Source: Octopus vulgaris
Lineage: Eukaryota
NCBI GenBank assembly: GCA_951406725.2
Contig: OX597829.1
Coordinates: 14,756,001 to 14,820,000, forward strand
Length of the DNA: 64,000 nucleotides
Direction of reading: 5' to 3'
The stretch's first letter is position 1; the number at the start of each line of letters is the position of its first letter. Of this stretch, positions 41,644-54,330 are shown one piece after another. Under the pieces are notes generated by a model, which was not told where the DNA came from, did no database searches, and was given only the letters and a program-made list of their open reading frames with translations. A program made the position numbers and the translations under genes.

Positions 41644-41910
41644 CGTGTGGGTTAATGGTTAGGGTATTCGGCTCACGACCGTAAGGTCGTGAGTTCGATT
41701 CCCGGCTGTGCACTTTTATCCTTAAGCAAAATATTTTATTTCACGTTGCTCCAGTTCACTGAGCTGGTAAAATTGAGTAGTACCTGCATTTCAAAGGGCC
41801 AGCCTTGTCACATTCTGTGTCACGCTCAATCTCCCTTAGAACTACATTAAGGCTACACGTTTGTGGTGTATTCCGTTACTTGTACGTTAATTTCACGAGC
41901 AGAGTGTTTC
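41644..41910 (+). mobile_element. tRNA-derived SINE family C
   Basis: taatggttagggtattc...gagttcgattccc...tttatttcacgttgctccagttcactgagctg. Confidence 0.8.
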
Positions 41911-41944
41911 GTAACCGACGGAGTGCCAGGATATATATATATAG

Positions 41945-42130
41945 GGAGAATTTACGAAAAAAACAAAAGACGAAGACAGGTGGTGTACAAAACAAACAGA
42001 TGTATTAGTATAACGCTCAGGAATAGAAACAGTTTTTTACGTTTCGAGCCTACGCTCTTCTACAGAAAAGGACACAGAAAAAACAAGGAGAGAAAAAATG
42101 TGAGTAGTGGCTAAGGATCTATCATGTCAA
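41945..42130 (-). mobile_element. Copy of the GAGC-loop-GCTCGAAAC repeat family
   Basis: Minus strand ctgtagaagagcgtaggctcgaaacgta...ttcctgagcg, with its 3' end abutting (TA)n. Confidence 0.7.
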
Positions 42131-42173
42131 CTGTATGGAATGGAAGTTCGTTGTGTGTGTATGTATACACATG

Positions 42174-42246
<73 letters not shown>

Positions 42247-42569
42247 ATACACACACACAACGAATTTCCCTCCATCGGATCCACTCACAAACTTTGGTTA
42301 TCGAATAGGCACATATAATCATGTGCATCTCTTCATAAGAGTCGAATGAGAGAAATATGAAAATGTTGGTAGAAAGAAGATCCTCAACCTGCTTTAGCTA
42401 TATTTTTATGACATAAACATATATGAAAATCTAAACAGCAAATGTTTACCTCGTGCTACTTCTACAAAATTTAATCTGAATAATACGAATTTATCTTTTT
42501 TGTTATCAGTATGTTTGAATTACTTTCCTCTCTCTAATACATTCTTTTCTTTTCTTTTTTTAATCTCAG

Positions 42570-42805
42570 ATCTGAGTCCAGAATGCGAAACGGAGTGATT
42601 TATTACTGCTTCCGAAATATACTGCCTTCCATGGTGGGGTCTCTATTATCTTTAGTAATAATAGTTTTAGTACAATTTGAACAGACGGCAGCTAGATTGG
42701 ATTTTAAACACCATACAAATGCGGAGTTGCGGAAATATCTTATCAATGTGAATCGAAGGTATCCGGATATTACTCATTTACATTCTATTGGAAACTCTGT
42801 TGAGG
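42570..42805 (+). CDS. Exon encoding signal peptide and N-terminus of an M14B (N/E subfamily) metallocarboxypeptidase, carboxypeptidase M/D-like
   Basis: Polypyrimidine tract and cag acceptor (42541-42569). ATG at 42583 and a second ccATGG at 42631. Hydrophobic segment LLSLVIIVLV..TAA is followed by RLDFKHHTNAELRKYLINVNRRYPDITHLHSIGNSVEG, resembling the LDFxYH...THLHSIGKSVxG start of carboxypeptidase M/D domains. Phase-1 donor GAG G|gtaag after 42805; the ORF degenerates into low-complexity intron beyond it. Confidence 0.88.
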
Positions 42806-43430
42806 GTAAGAAAAAATTCAATATATACATTTCTTTAATGCATATGATGTTCACACATATACTTATATACATTCATACACACACTCGCAAACGTATACAC
42901 ACGCTCAACACACACTTAAACACACCCAGCACTCACATAAACAATTTCAATATTTAGCAATCTATTTAAATTGCTTTTGAAATATTGCAATCTATTTAAT
43001 TATCTATTTACTATTGTTTTGTCTTCAAGCATATTATACATTATATCGTATTTTAATCTTAACAAAATTTTATCAAATTTTTTCGCTAAATCTAAGTCAG
43101 GTGTAGCAGAGTTGTTCCCCTTGACTGATCAAAAATTCGGGGCTCCATGTTTTTCCTCGACAGTGTTCACTCTCACATAATGCAAGTATGCATTAAACTT
43201 TCATGAGCAAATAAAGTGCGGCATTATTTGAATCCTTTGCACTGCACCTGCTTCTTTTAATATGTACGTACTTTATACATGCATACATATATGCGCGTAC
43301 ACACACACACACACACATGTTTCAGCGGATCATGTAGATCGCGGTCAACTCTTTGTTAGAATCTAGAGTACATATGCCTTGTATAGAAGGATTGAAGGAA
43401 AAATTAATCAACAAAGTTAATTAATCAACA

Positions 43431-43782
43431 TCTCTCTGTTTACAAACGGCAAAATGTCTGTCTGTGTGTCTGTGTGCATGTCCTTTATACAAATCCGCAA
43501 TTTTTCAGTTAGAGGTCTCGCATTTCTATGGTCATTCAAAACCGTCCAAAGGTGGTCGTGCACATCTTTACATTTCCCCAGTCACCCCGCAAAGCCATTA
43601 AAAAATCAATAGAAGTGACATTTTTGTGAATTTTCTATCCAAAACCCAATCAAAATGCCCGAAACTTGATACGCCAATTGAATGCCAGCTAGCTGTATGT
43701 GATTGGTTGGAGATTTGGACAGTATTCGCGTGTATGTGCGCACGCAGCTGTATATGCATGCACTAGCACTACGACCCGGCAA
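43431..43782 (+). mobile_element. Non-autonomous Helitron, family 2, 3'-truncated copy in the carboxypeptidase intron
   Basis: Close match to 22523-22870 (e.g. ctatccaaaacccaatcaaaatgcccgaaacttgatacgccaattgaatgccagctagc). It stops halfway through the terminal hairpin (gacccggc) and lacks the terminal CTAG. Confidence 0.8.
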
Positions 43783-45809
43783 GATACACTTCACCCATTA
43801 TCATAATCACTGGTGTAATTTTGATAAGGTGACAAACGCTAGACAGTTCCAAGTTCAACAGACTCAATAGCAACTTGTACTGAATGCTATTCAATAAATA
43901 AATAAATGAAGAATAAAAATCGACAAAGTTCAGTACATGTTTTGCAAACATAAAATCTAAAAATTTTTAAGTGCCATTTCTTCATAATATACAGGTAATC
44001 TACCTCATCGTCAGGTACATTAGCGTTTAGTATCAAATCAATTTCTGTATTCTGTATTGAACGTTGTGTGTTTTTTTTTCGACTGATTATGTCTATTTCA
44101 TGAGGCAATGGCATTTATAAATTTACGGATTTCTGTTCTCGAAACACATGAGATGCTTAACTGCAAAAGACAGTTCTCACGATGTATATATATATATATA
44201 TATATGAAATATCGTGTCCATTAAAACTATAATTATGAATGTTGTGTAATGACCGAAAAATTACGATCGCGAATGCAAGCGGCCGATTTATGCAAATTCT
44301 TCGAAGGTTTGTGGATTAACGCTACTTGACAATGTGCGAAGCTGAACCGCAAAGTTACACCGACCTAAACAAGCCATTTCTACTTGCCATGGATTTGGTT
44401 GGCCCCGGGCCACAATAGAAGACACTTGACCAAGATGCAGCTCAGTGGAATTACACGCGAAACCTGCAGTTACAAATCTGACTTCAAATCCACACACCAA
44501 TACCAGCACCACTTGATAAATTTGTTGGCAATAAACATCACTATTTCCCTAAAAACTTTCATTAATTTATCTTTCCCGTGGTTACAAGTAAGGCCTTTAA
44601 AGACCCGATTATAGAGCAGGACAGAATTCCATGTATTTTTTGATATGCGTGGAATGGGCGGAAAGATGACAAAATTGGTGGAATCAAAGAAATTCGACCA
44701 TCTTAAATCACTCTCCATTCTTTGTGACCACAAGTAACGTCCTCAAAAGTTGGACATTTGTGAAGGATATATTCACATAAGTGTGGCAAGAGACTCGATA
44801 GATTTGATAGAAACAAACCCGAAATACTCCCCACACAATTTACTCTGCATTTTTCCTAGGCACCAGTAAGACTCACATGTTCACGTTTCTCTTAACTCAC
44901 TCAACATTTTTCCTGGTCACTAGTAGGGAGCCTCATATTCACATGTCTCTTTCATAAATGTCGTGCGAATCATTTGACGAATTTGGAGCAAATGGTGTTG
45001 GTTTTCTCTGCAGCAATATGGGTTTCAGTCAAAACAGACACCCCTATCTCCGTGCAAACCCACACATATGGCATCCATCCGTTTAACGTTTCATACACCG
45101 ACAACATCCTCTCAAATCATATAAGAGCAGAGTATTTTCTTTCTGTACTGTCTTTCTCATTTCCTATTTCTGATGCACAGTTTTCAAATGCAGCAATGAC
45201 CTACATGACGTAAACTACCAGTGTCGCCCACACAGATATCAACCTTTAATTCATCTCTAGACTTAACCATTCGTCATCTATAACATGTAGTTTATGATGT
45301 ACTCTAGTATGATTTATAGCGTACAAAAGCATGTGTACTGTTTTTATAAGCATGCGAAGATACAGCTTTATTGAGGAACAGTCAAATGCGACGCAGGGCA
45401 TAAAATTTTAAGTTGTAGTTGAGAAAAAGTTAGCAGACATAGAGGACTGGAAGCCATCATAATATTGACCAGCAATTTCAGAGAAGTGGTTAAGTCGATC
45501 AAATTGACCCTAGCGCTTAACTGGTATTCATTTTATCGACCGCGAAAGGATGAAAGTCAAAGTCGATATCGGCGGAATTTGAACTCAGATCATTAAGACA
45601 GACGAAATAGCGTTAACCATTTCGCCCGGCGTGCTAACGTTTCTATCAGACATCAACATAACGACTGCTGCTCAATGCTTTGTGAACACTATAAAGGCTG
45701 AGACGTGACGTGGAGAGCTGCAACGGAGACTAGAAAGACGTGACCAGCATTGACGGACACAGTAGGCGTTCTGTCCGCATCCACACCTCGCAATAAATCC
45801 CCACGTCTT

Positions 45810-46215
45810 TGAACAGGACCGTCATTTTAATTCAGATGGCTTATGTGAAGCTATTGGAGATTGTGGTCAATTCTTGGCTGGAGAACGTTATTGTTGGAAT
45901 TTCATACACATGGCAGCACAATTCAGCTCCTTATCACTTTCCTGGAGACAATAAGAAGTGGCTGTCTGAGTATTTCTAAGATTTCCCCAGTGCCGGCATT
46001 TGGCCTTCTAACTTATTCCGCTGATTATAATCCCATACATTACTATATCTGGTGCGCGTTGAGTAAGATACCCACCGCTCTACCTGCAAGGCTGAGCAGG
46101 CGCCAAGATTAAAGAGGTGTTCGAAGATCTTCTCAGGAATACAGCGAGGAATGCATGCACCAAGTTCTGGAGCGTCGTGAGGTTGTGGTGGAAGGTAAAG
46201 GGGGCTACTTTGAGT
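45810..46215 (+). mobile_element. Tc1/mariner (DD37D-like) transposase catalytic fragment
   Basis: Q.NSAPYH...KWLSE...WPSN..DYNPIHYYIW, resembling QQD.AP.H..WPPNSPD.NP.DY..W. Stops present. Confidence 0.65.
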
Positions 46216-46429
46216 AAACTATTTCTACCAACCATAATTTAGTTAGTACTTTTTACAAGATAATTTCACTTGTGGATGGGTGGTTTTCTAGTGCTCTTAC
46301 AAAAAGTATGAAATTTCGCGTATCAGATTTAACTCCTATTTCTAGCAATATTTCTGTATTGTATATAGCTGCCTTCGTTATTTCATAATCTTCACATTAG
46401 GATTTTGATGAATCAGCCATAAATTCATA

Positions 46430-46480
<51 letters not shown>

Positions 46481-46490
<10 letters not shown>

Positions 46491-46980
46491 TCTAGTTGTG
46501 TGAGTGTCTGTCCCCTTCGATTTAGATTCCTAACTCCTCCCACATTTTGCGGTGCAGTTTAACCAAATTCGGGTATCTTATAGTCGTGATTCATATCGAG
46601 CCCGTCTAACTATTAGCGCGCGTCAACGATGAGTCTACGATTTTAAAAATAATTTAACATCATTTTTTATTCCATTTTAATGCATAAAATGCATCGTATG
46701 TCGATGGCGGCGGAGTTGGCGTCCACGCTCACAGCTGCACCTGTTTGCTTCTCCCCCTTCCCTCCCTCGTGAAGCTGTGGGGAAGGGAGTGTAAAGAAAT
46801 CAACGTCGTAATGCGTTGTGAAGGAAACCAGCGTTCTTTTAGAACAACGACTTCATGGCTTGAAGACACCAAAACAAAAATGGCTAAGAAAGCCCGAATT
46901 TATAAGGGAAGTAACTCTCTAAAAATGCTTATATAGTTATTTCCCTTACAAACCCGAGCAACGCCGGGCGATACTGCTAG
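46481..46980 (+). mobile_element. Non-autonomous Helitron, family 1, second copy
   Basis: Shares atttagattcctaact.ctcccacattttgcggtgcag and the 3' end cccgagcaacgccgggcgatactgCTAG|T with 820-1216. The 5' end is merged into a (TA)n tract. Confidence 0.85.
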
Positions 46981-47173
46981 TATATAATAAAACTTTATAT
47001 ATAAAGAACGTGAAATTCACGAATTGACGAACACGGAAAACAGACAGTCATTCAGAGCCTTCATTCTTCAGTCAGAAACCGAAGTCCTGTGTATACGTGG
47101 ATCTATGTGGTTTCGAAACATGTGTAGTGTTTATTAAGTAGCTGTCTAACCATACTCCTTCTCGTTGACTAGC

Positions 47174-47230
<57 letters not shown>

Positions 47231-47308
47231 ATATAATTGAAAGAATGGAGTCAAAAAGCAAGAGTAAGGTTAGGCAGCTATTTAATAAAAACTACACGTT
47301 TCGATATA

Positions 47309-47347
<39 letters not shown>

Positions 47348-47396
47348 TGTGTGTGTGTGTATTAATAGAAATATATATCAATGCTCAAAATGAGGA

Positions 47397-47700
47397 GTGG
47401 TTAGAGCGTCGAGCTTACGATCGTGAGGTTGTGAGTTCGAATGCCGGACCGGGCTGCGTGTTGTGTTCTTGAGCAAGACACTTTATTTCACGTTGCTCCA
47501 GTTCAATCATCTGTAGAAATGTGTGTCAAGCTGTATCGGCCTTTGCCTTTCCCTTCGATAACACCGGTGGCGTGTAGATAGGAGTCCGGTATGCATGAGC
47601 GACTGCTGGTCTTCCATAAACATGCGTGCCCGGACTTGTGCCTGGGAGGATAACTTCCTAGGTGCAATCCCATGGTCAGTCATGACCGAAGAGGGTCTCC
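47397..47700 (+). mobile_element. tRNA-derived SINE family C
   Basis: tggttagagcg...gagttcgaatgcc head and ttgagcaagacactttatttcacgttgctccagttca body. Related copies at 41644-41910 (+) and 7245-7569 (-). Confidence 0.8.
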
Positions 47701-48081
47701 GAATTGTTTTTGGAGAGAGTCATGCTTCCTAATATATCTAAGACACTACCCGGTTAAATTTCCACATATTTATTATTATTATTATGTTTTTCATTTGTCT
47801 ACAAGAATAATCATTGCTTTTGCAACTTTGTCAATAGATGTCCGTTATCGGAATTGCGTTTCAATATGTCTCTTTGGAACCCTGTCGAGCACGAGTGCGG
47901 CTGTTTGAGTGTGCGTTTGTGTAATTATCTACGCGTATCTGTTATGTATAGATGTGTATCTCCATATGTACCAAGCAGCTTTACTCTGTGGCTATGTGTG
48001 TGTGTGTGAAGTGTATGTGTAAATATGTCCATGTGTTTCCGTTTCTTTTTGTGTATGTGAGTGTCTGTATGAGTGAGCTTG

Positions 48082-48477
48082 GGATCTTTTCGGTTTGACC
48101 GGCAGTTTTTAAAAATAATTTCCACGTAACTTAACACTTTTAAATTTCGTATACTGGTAGAATGTGTTTATAAAACATCTTTTTCTCTTGGCTTTATTGA
48201 GATAATTCTATAGTTTGTAAGATATTTGTTGTTTTTTTTCTCCAATATCTGCAAGTTCAACCAATCAATGCCGTCTATTGAGTTGAAAATATTCTGTGTC
48301 GTATGAATATGTCCCTCGTTTAAGAAACAGATTGGGTTTATTTACATTTCTGAAGAAAAAAGATACCCCCCACCCCTAACCCTAACCCTAAAACAGATTG
48401 ATACTAGGGTCATAATTATGGGAAACAATTTCATATGATACCGCTAGAAAAAACTGCCGGTCAAACCGAAAAGATCC
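48082..48477. mobile_element. MITE with 29-bp TIRs and 9-bp TSD (Mutator/MULE-like), carrying (CCCTAA)3
   Basis: TIR ggatcttttcggtttgaccggcagttttt at 48082-48110 and its exact reverse complement at 48449-48477. TSD gtgagcttg at 48073-48081 and 48478-48486. Confidence 0.92.
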
Positions 48478-48613
48478 GTGAGCTTGTCTGTCCGTATAAC
48501 CTATGTACCTATCTACCTACCTATATATCTATCTGTTTATCTGTTTATTTACATATCTATTTACATCCCCTTCTATATACTTACAGAAAATACAAACACA
48601 CACATATATATAT

Positions 48614-48651
<38 letters not shown>

Positions 48652-49372
48652 AAAGTGTATCTATGTAAAGGACAGGAACCTAAGTAAGGGTGTGTATGGT
48701 AAGGGGCACAAGTAGTTGGGTGGAGGTGAGTAGAGTTATGTAATATGCAAATGTCATAAGAGTGAGAGTGATGCGGTGAAAACAATGGAGACAATGCAGG
48801 AGATGACAAAAATTGGTAGCAGTAGAGAGAAAGAGTTTGAAATTTACAAAAATAAGAGAAAACTTCAAAACGTTAGGTTTACAAAAAAAGAAAAAAATGA
48901 ACGCGGGAAGTTTGCATAAAGCCAGAGAGGATAGGAAAAGGCAATGGTTAAAATATATATGAAACACGTTGAAATGATTTTGTGGAAAGTAGAGATGATT
49001 ATGAAAGCGATATTTGAAATGGATTGTGTAAGAAAAAACTGCAGAGTGAAATGCTATTTTACATAAAACAGGTACAAGTTCAGAGGATAAGTTACAAAGT
49101 CATGAAAAAGGAAAAAAGGTTCGATGAAAAAATCCGAAAATAACAGTTGGGTATAGAAGATTTTGTAGTATTGGAATGAATACGTGGGAAATTAGACAGG
49201 ATTGGAAAAGAATGGTTCAAAAATATATATAGTGCGTGGAACTTATAGTAAAGTAATTTGGATGGATTGTTGTTAGATGGACGGGTACTTAGAAGTACTT
49301 ATTACTACGCCTGCTATTTCTTCTATTGAACTGGTTTGACGAACCACTGTATATATATATATGTGTGTGTGT

Positions 49373-49785
49373 GTGTGGTAAGTAGCTTGCTTACCAACCA
49401 CACGGTTCCGGGTTCAGTCCCACTGCGTGGCATCTTGAGCATGTGTCTTCTGCTATAGCCTCGGGCTTACCAATGCCTTGTGAGTGGATTTGGTAGACGG
49501 AAACTGAAAGAAGCCTGTCGTATATATGTATATATATATGTATGTGTGTGTGTGTTTGTGTATATATGTTTGTGTGTCTGTGTTTGTCCCCTAGCATTGC
49601 TTGACAACCGATGCTGGTGTGTTTATGTCCCCGTCACTTAGCGGTTCGGCAAAAGAGACCGATAGAATAAGTACTGGGCTTACAAAGAATAAGTCCCGGG
49701 ATTGATTTGCTCGACTAAAGGCGGTGCCCCAGCATGGCCGCAGTCAAATGACTGAAACAAGTAAAATATTAAAAGAGTAAAGAGT
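49373..49785 (+). mobile_element. tRNA-derived SINE family A
   Basis: Near-identical to 39838-40246 apart from the extreme 5' end. Confidence 0.9.
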
Positions 49786-49890
49786 ATATATATATATGTA
49801 TGTATGTGTGTATGTATGTATGTATGTATGTATGTATGTATGTATGTATGTATGTATGTATGTATGTATGTATGTGTGTGTGTGTGTGTA

Positions 49891-49934
<44 letters not shown>

Positions 49935-50420
49935 AGGGATGACCACTAAGAAAGGAATGTTCTTGAGAACATTCCTTTCTTAGTGGTAAGACCATAGAGG
50001 ATCGATTTCTAGCATATGGATGTCCACTTGTTGCAATATAATTTTTCTGATTTTTCTATATGCTAGACCACTGGTTTTAAATTGATATTAATAAAATTAA
50101 TGTTCAATTTTTCAGCCTTATTATTATAAATTTATACATATATATATATATATATATATAAATTTATAATAATAAGGGTGAAAAATTTATATATATATAT
50201 ATATAAATATAAATGTGTGTGTGTGTGTGTGTGTGCAGGCATAGCTGTATGGTTTGGATTCAGTTTCTTGTTTTTTAACCCCTGAGCGAGCAAAGCCTCG
50301 TGATGAGGTTTGTGAGACGGAAGGTCCGCTATACATATGTCTTTCTGTTCCCATTTGTGTGACACTGCAGGTTAACAACCGGTGTTGCTTTAAATGTATA
50401 TATATATATATATATATATA

Positions 50421-50651
50421 TATTTCTTTACTACCCAAAGGGGGCTAAACATAGAGGGGACAAACAAGGACAGGCAGACGGATTAAGTCGATTACATCGA
50501 CCCCAATGCGTAACTGGCACTTAATTTATCGACCCCGAAAGGATGACAGGCAAAGTCGACCTCGGCGGAATTTGAACCCAGAACGTAGCGGCAGACGAAA
50601 TACGGCTACGCATTTCATCCGGAGTGCTAACGTTTCTGCCAGCTCGCCGCC
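50421..50651 (-). mobile_element. SINE family B
   Basis: Reverse complement of the family B consensus. Confidence 0.88.
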
Positions 50652-51143
50652 GTCATGTTTATATATACATGCATGTGTATACTCATATGTATATGTGCAC
50701 ATACACACACACACACACTCACAGACACGTGATATATTGTACTGTTAGGCCTCAAATTATATAATCGGCTATCTTATATACACATCGCAAATATTCCTTC
50801 AGCTTTTCAAATTATGTAATAGACTCCTGCATTAAATACTCATCTCCTCTCATATGCATTATACACCCATTTTCTCATAGAATATATTTCTAGTTCTTAC
50901 AAGCAATAGATCATATACTCCATTATCATTTAATATCAAAAGCGATGAATGCCAGGTTTGTCACTTACGTCTTTAAAAAGAAATTAATTTGATTAACCAT
51001 TAATGTAAGGTTAAAAATTTAATAGAAAATAGAAAATTATTTTAACCTCCCCATCCTAACTTGTATACTTCCCTTTCCTATTCTTCGCTTTTTTCTTTTC
51101 TTTCTTCCCTTCCTCTCTTGTCATTGTTATTATTATTATTGCG

Positions 51144-51227
<84 letters not shown>

Positions 51228-51364
51228 GTTCTTCTTCTTCTTCTTCTTCTTCTTATTATTATTATTATTATTATTGTCATTATTATTATTATTATTATTA
51301 TTATTGTTCTTCTTCTTCTTCTTCTTATTATTATTATTATCATTGTCATTATTATCATCATCAT

Positions 51365-51730
51365 GGCGGCGAGCTGGCAGAAACGTTAGCACGCCAGGCG
51401 AAATGCTTAGCGGTATTTCGCCTGCCGCTACGTTCTGAGTTTAAATTCCACCGAGGTCGACTTTGCCTTACATCCTTTCGGGGTCGATAAGTTAAGTGCC
51501 AGTTACGCACTGGGGTCGATGTAATCGACTCAATCCGTTTGTCTGTCCTTGTTTGTCCTCTCTGTGTTTAGCACCTTGTGGGTAGTAAAGAAATAGGTAT
51601 TTCGACTGGTGTTACGTTCTGAGTTCAAATTCCGCTGAGGTCGACATTGCTTTTTATCCTTTCGGGGTCGATAAATTAAATCGACTATTCCCCCTCCCCC
51701 AAATTTAAGGCCTTGTACCTTTACTAGAAA
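51365..51730 (+). mobile_element. SINE family B, partial tandem dimer
   Basis: Full unit 51365-51597, then a restart at ggtatttcg with a second body and an alternative tail ccccctcccccaaatttaaggccttgt. Confidence 0.85.
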
Positions 51731-52214
51731 TGATTATTATTATTAATATTGTTGTTGTTGTTGTTATTTTTGTTATTATTGGTAGTGTAGTAGTAGTAGT
51801 GGTAAAGGTGGTAGTAGTAGTAGTCGTAGAAGTAGTATGAAACCTTGTGATCTTCAATGATTATCCTTCGGAACAACACGTTCATGATCTTGGTGAATAT
51901 CCTCCTCCTCCTCCTCATCATCATCATCATCATTAGTATCATCATCCTTTCCATCATAATCATTATCTTCATCATTATCAACAAGCACTCGAATATTTTT
52001 CCCGTGTCGTAGTCTAGGAGACATTCACCCTAGTGATCCCGAAAATAACCACAAAAAAAAAATGAAACAGAATATAGAAATAACAAACACGAAAATACAC
52101 GTGAAGAAAAGAACATGGAAATTTCTGCGAGGCGTAATAATTTATTTAGTTTTCATCGTTCCCGAAAGAAATTAGGAGTGATTGAACTAAACCAAAGATT
52201 AAACACTTAACTCG

Positions 52215-52258
<44 letters not shown>

Positions 52259-53484
52259 TGATTGATTGATTGATTGATGGCAGTCGCAGGTTTCTAAGAA
52301 AGATGGTTCTCTAATTTCTTGCTGAACAACCAGCTTTTTTCATAGTGATCAAATGCTTGTATTGTACATTATTAACTCACTCATTCATCCAGAGTGTTCC
52401 ACAAACCATATGTCGAAGTGATCACAGAGCAACATGGAATGAAAGGATTTGCGCAAGAACACAAATTACCGCCTGGTCCGGGATCGAACGAAAAATCTCA
52501 CGATCCTCAATAAAACACTTAATTACTAAGCTATGACACCCCCACCTCGTATGTTATATGTTATAGCATGTATTGTCTGTCCTGTTTTTTTTAATTATTT
52601 AAATTGTTCTTTTGAGGAAGGAGCTGGTTTCTAACAAAGATACAAAGCTCCATCTCTGGAATGTAGATAACGAAAGACAATGTTACGTTTGAAACTTGAG
52701 AAAAAGTATTGCATATTTTTGCAGTTCCACTTACAGATAGTTTTGTAATGTGCGAGTTAGTTGGTTGATTTTATTATTAGTATATACGTGAATTCGTAAT
52801 CTGGATAGAGATAGGATCAGCAGTGTAAATAATATACAGCAGTTTGGTCGATATATATATCGACAAGTAAAAGAGTAAAAAGAGTATACATTCTTCTAGC
52901 TACACAAACATACACACAAGCATACTTAACCACAGACATACTTGCACACATATACACACACATAATGATACGTATACACACTCATGTAAATATCTCCCAC
53001 CCGAATATGAACAGCTTAAGCAAATTCGTCTTAAGCTGCACTCCAGCTGAATAAAGGAGATTAAGTCTTTAAGATTTGGTTAAACTCAATCACACTTAAT
53101 TTGTTTTGAAACGATGAACACTTAATGAGTTGCATGCTGAACTATAAAGTTTTATACACACAAACGCACACACACAAATTCACACACGCAAATTCACACA
53201 GATACACACATATATACACAGTTTGGCTGTGTGGTAAAAAGTTGGCTTCCAAACCATGTGGTTTGGGGATCAGTCCCACTGAGTTGCAACTGGGGTGTCT
53301 TCTACTATAAAACAATGAATATATTTATGAACGTGTGTGTATGTGTGTGTGTGTGCATGTATGTATATGCGCTTGCTTGTTTCTCACTACCGCGTTTCAG
53401 TAACGAACTTCAAGGTGGTGTACCTCTATGGCCGTAATCCAATGACTAAAGCAAGTGAGCGATAAAATACATACATACACCTTA

Positions 53485-53579
<95 letters not shown>

Positions 53580-53761
53580 ATATATATATATATATATATG
53601 TACATTAGTGGTTCAGCAAAAGAGAACGATAGAATAAGTACCAGGCTTAAAAAGAAGCTCTGGGGTCGATTAATTCGACTAAACAATTTAAGGCCGTGCT
53701 GCAGCACGGCCGCAGTCTGACGAATGAAACACATAAAAGATGAAAGATAAAAACTGAAGGA

Positions 53762-54330
53762 TGCGTAGTCTGATCAATAAATATCAGGATTATTGCCATA
53801 GAAACGAGCAGCTAACGCATGCAGACTGAAGTCACTTGGCCAATATTAGCCTTGAACTCTGCGCCGCATGTGCACTAAGTTTTAACGTTCTAGTTCACTT
53901 CCGCTGCTTATAGCAGTGCTTAGAAGGAACGTGTGTAGCGTGTGATCGTGCCATTGAACATAAGAGAGAAAGTTGAGCATAGAAGCTACTTTAAATTTGG
54001 CCAAAAGCTTGGCGATATCTGTACAGAGGCCTACTCACAGTTTTCAAGACTTTTTCATCGTTCTCGACACAATCGAGATTTTGAGCAACTGAAACCAGCT
54101 GAAAGCGGTTTTGACAAAAACTTGGCAATCGCGCGTCTCCTACCCAAATCTTCAGTAATAATGGACTGAACTGAACTGTAACTAATCTGCACATCTTCTG
54201 ATAACACACGCATGGGGATTCGACGATTTCTTCTCATAGCTGCCCACACATCTGCGATGCTTTTCTCAGATCTGCTGATTGTAGGCCTTCCAGAATATTC
54301 GTCAATAGCGACATTTTTCGGCTATCTTGC
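53762..54330 (-). mobile_element. Mariner-type element, second copy of the long-TIR family
   Basis: The left part matches 29466-29670. Minus strand encodes ..SGRP...RRNRRIPMRVLSEDVQISYSSVQSIITEDLG.. Confidence 0.75.

Noticed and set aside
42806-42957. C-terminal part of the 124-aa ORF 42583-42957
   Set aside because: It lies after a canonical gtaag donor and is low-complexity intron read-through.
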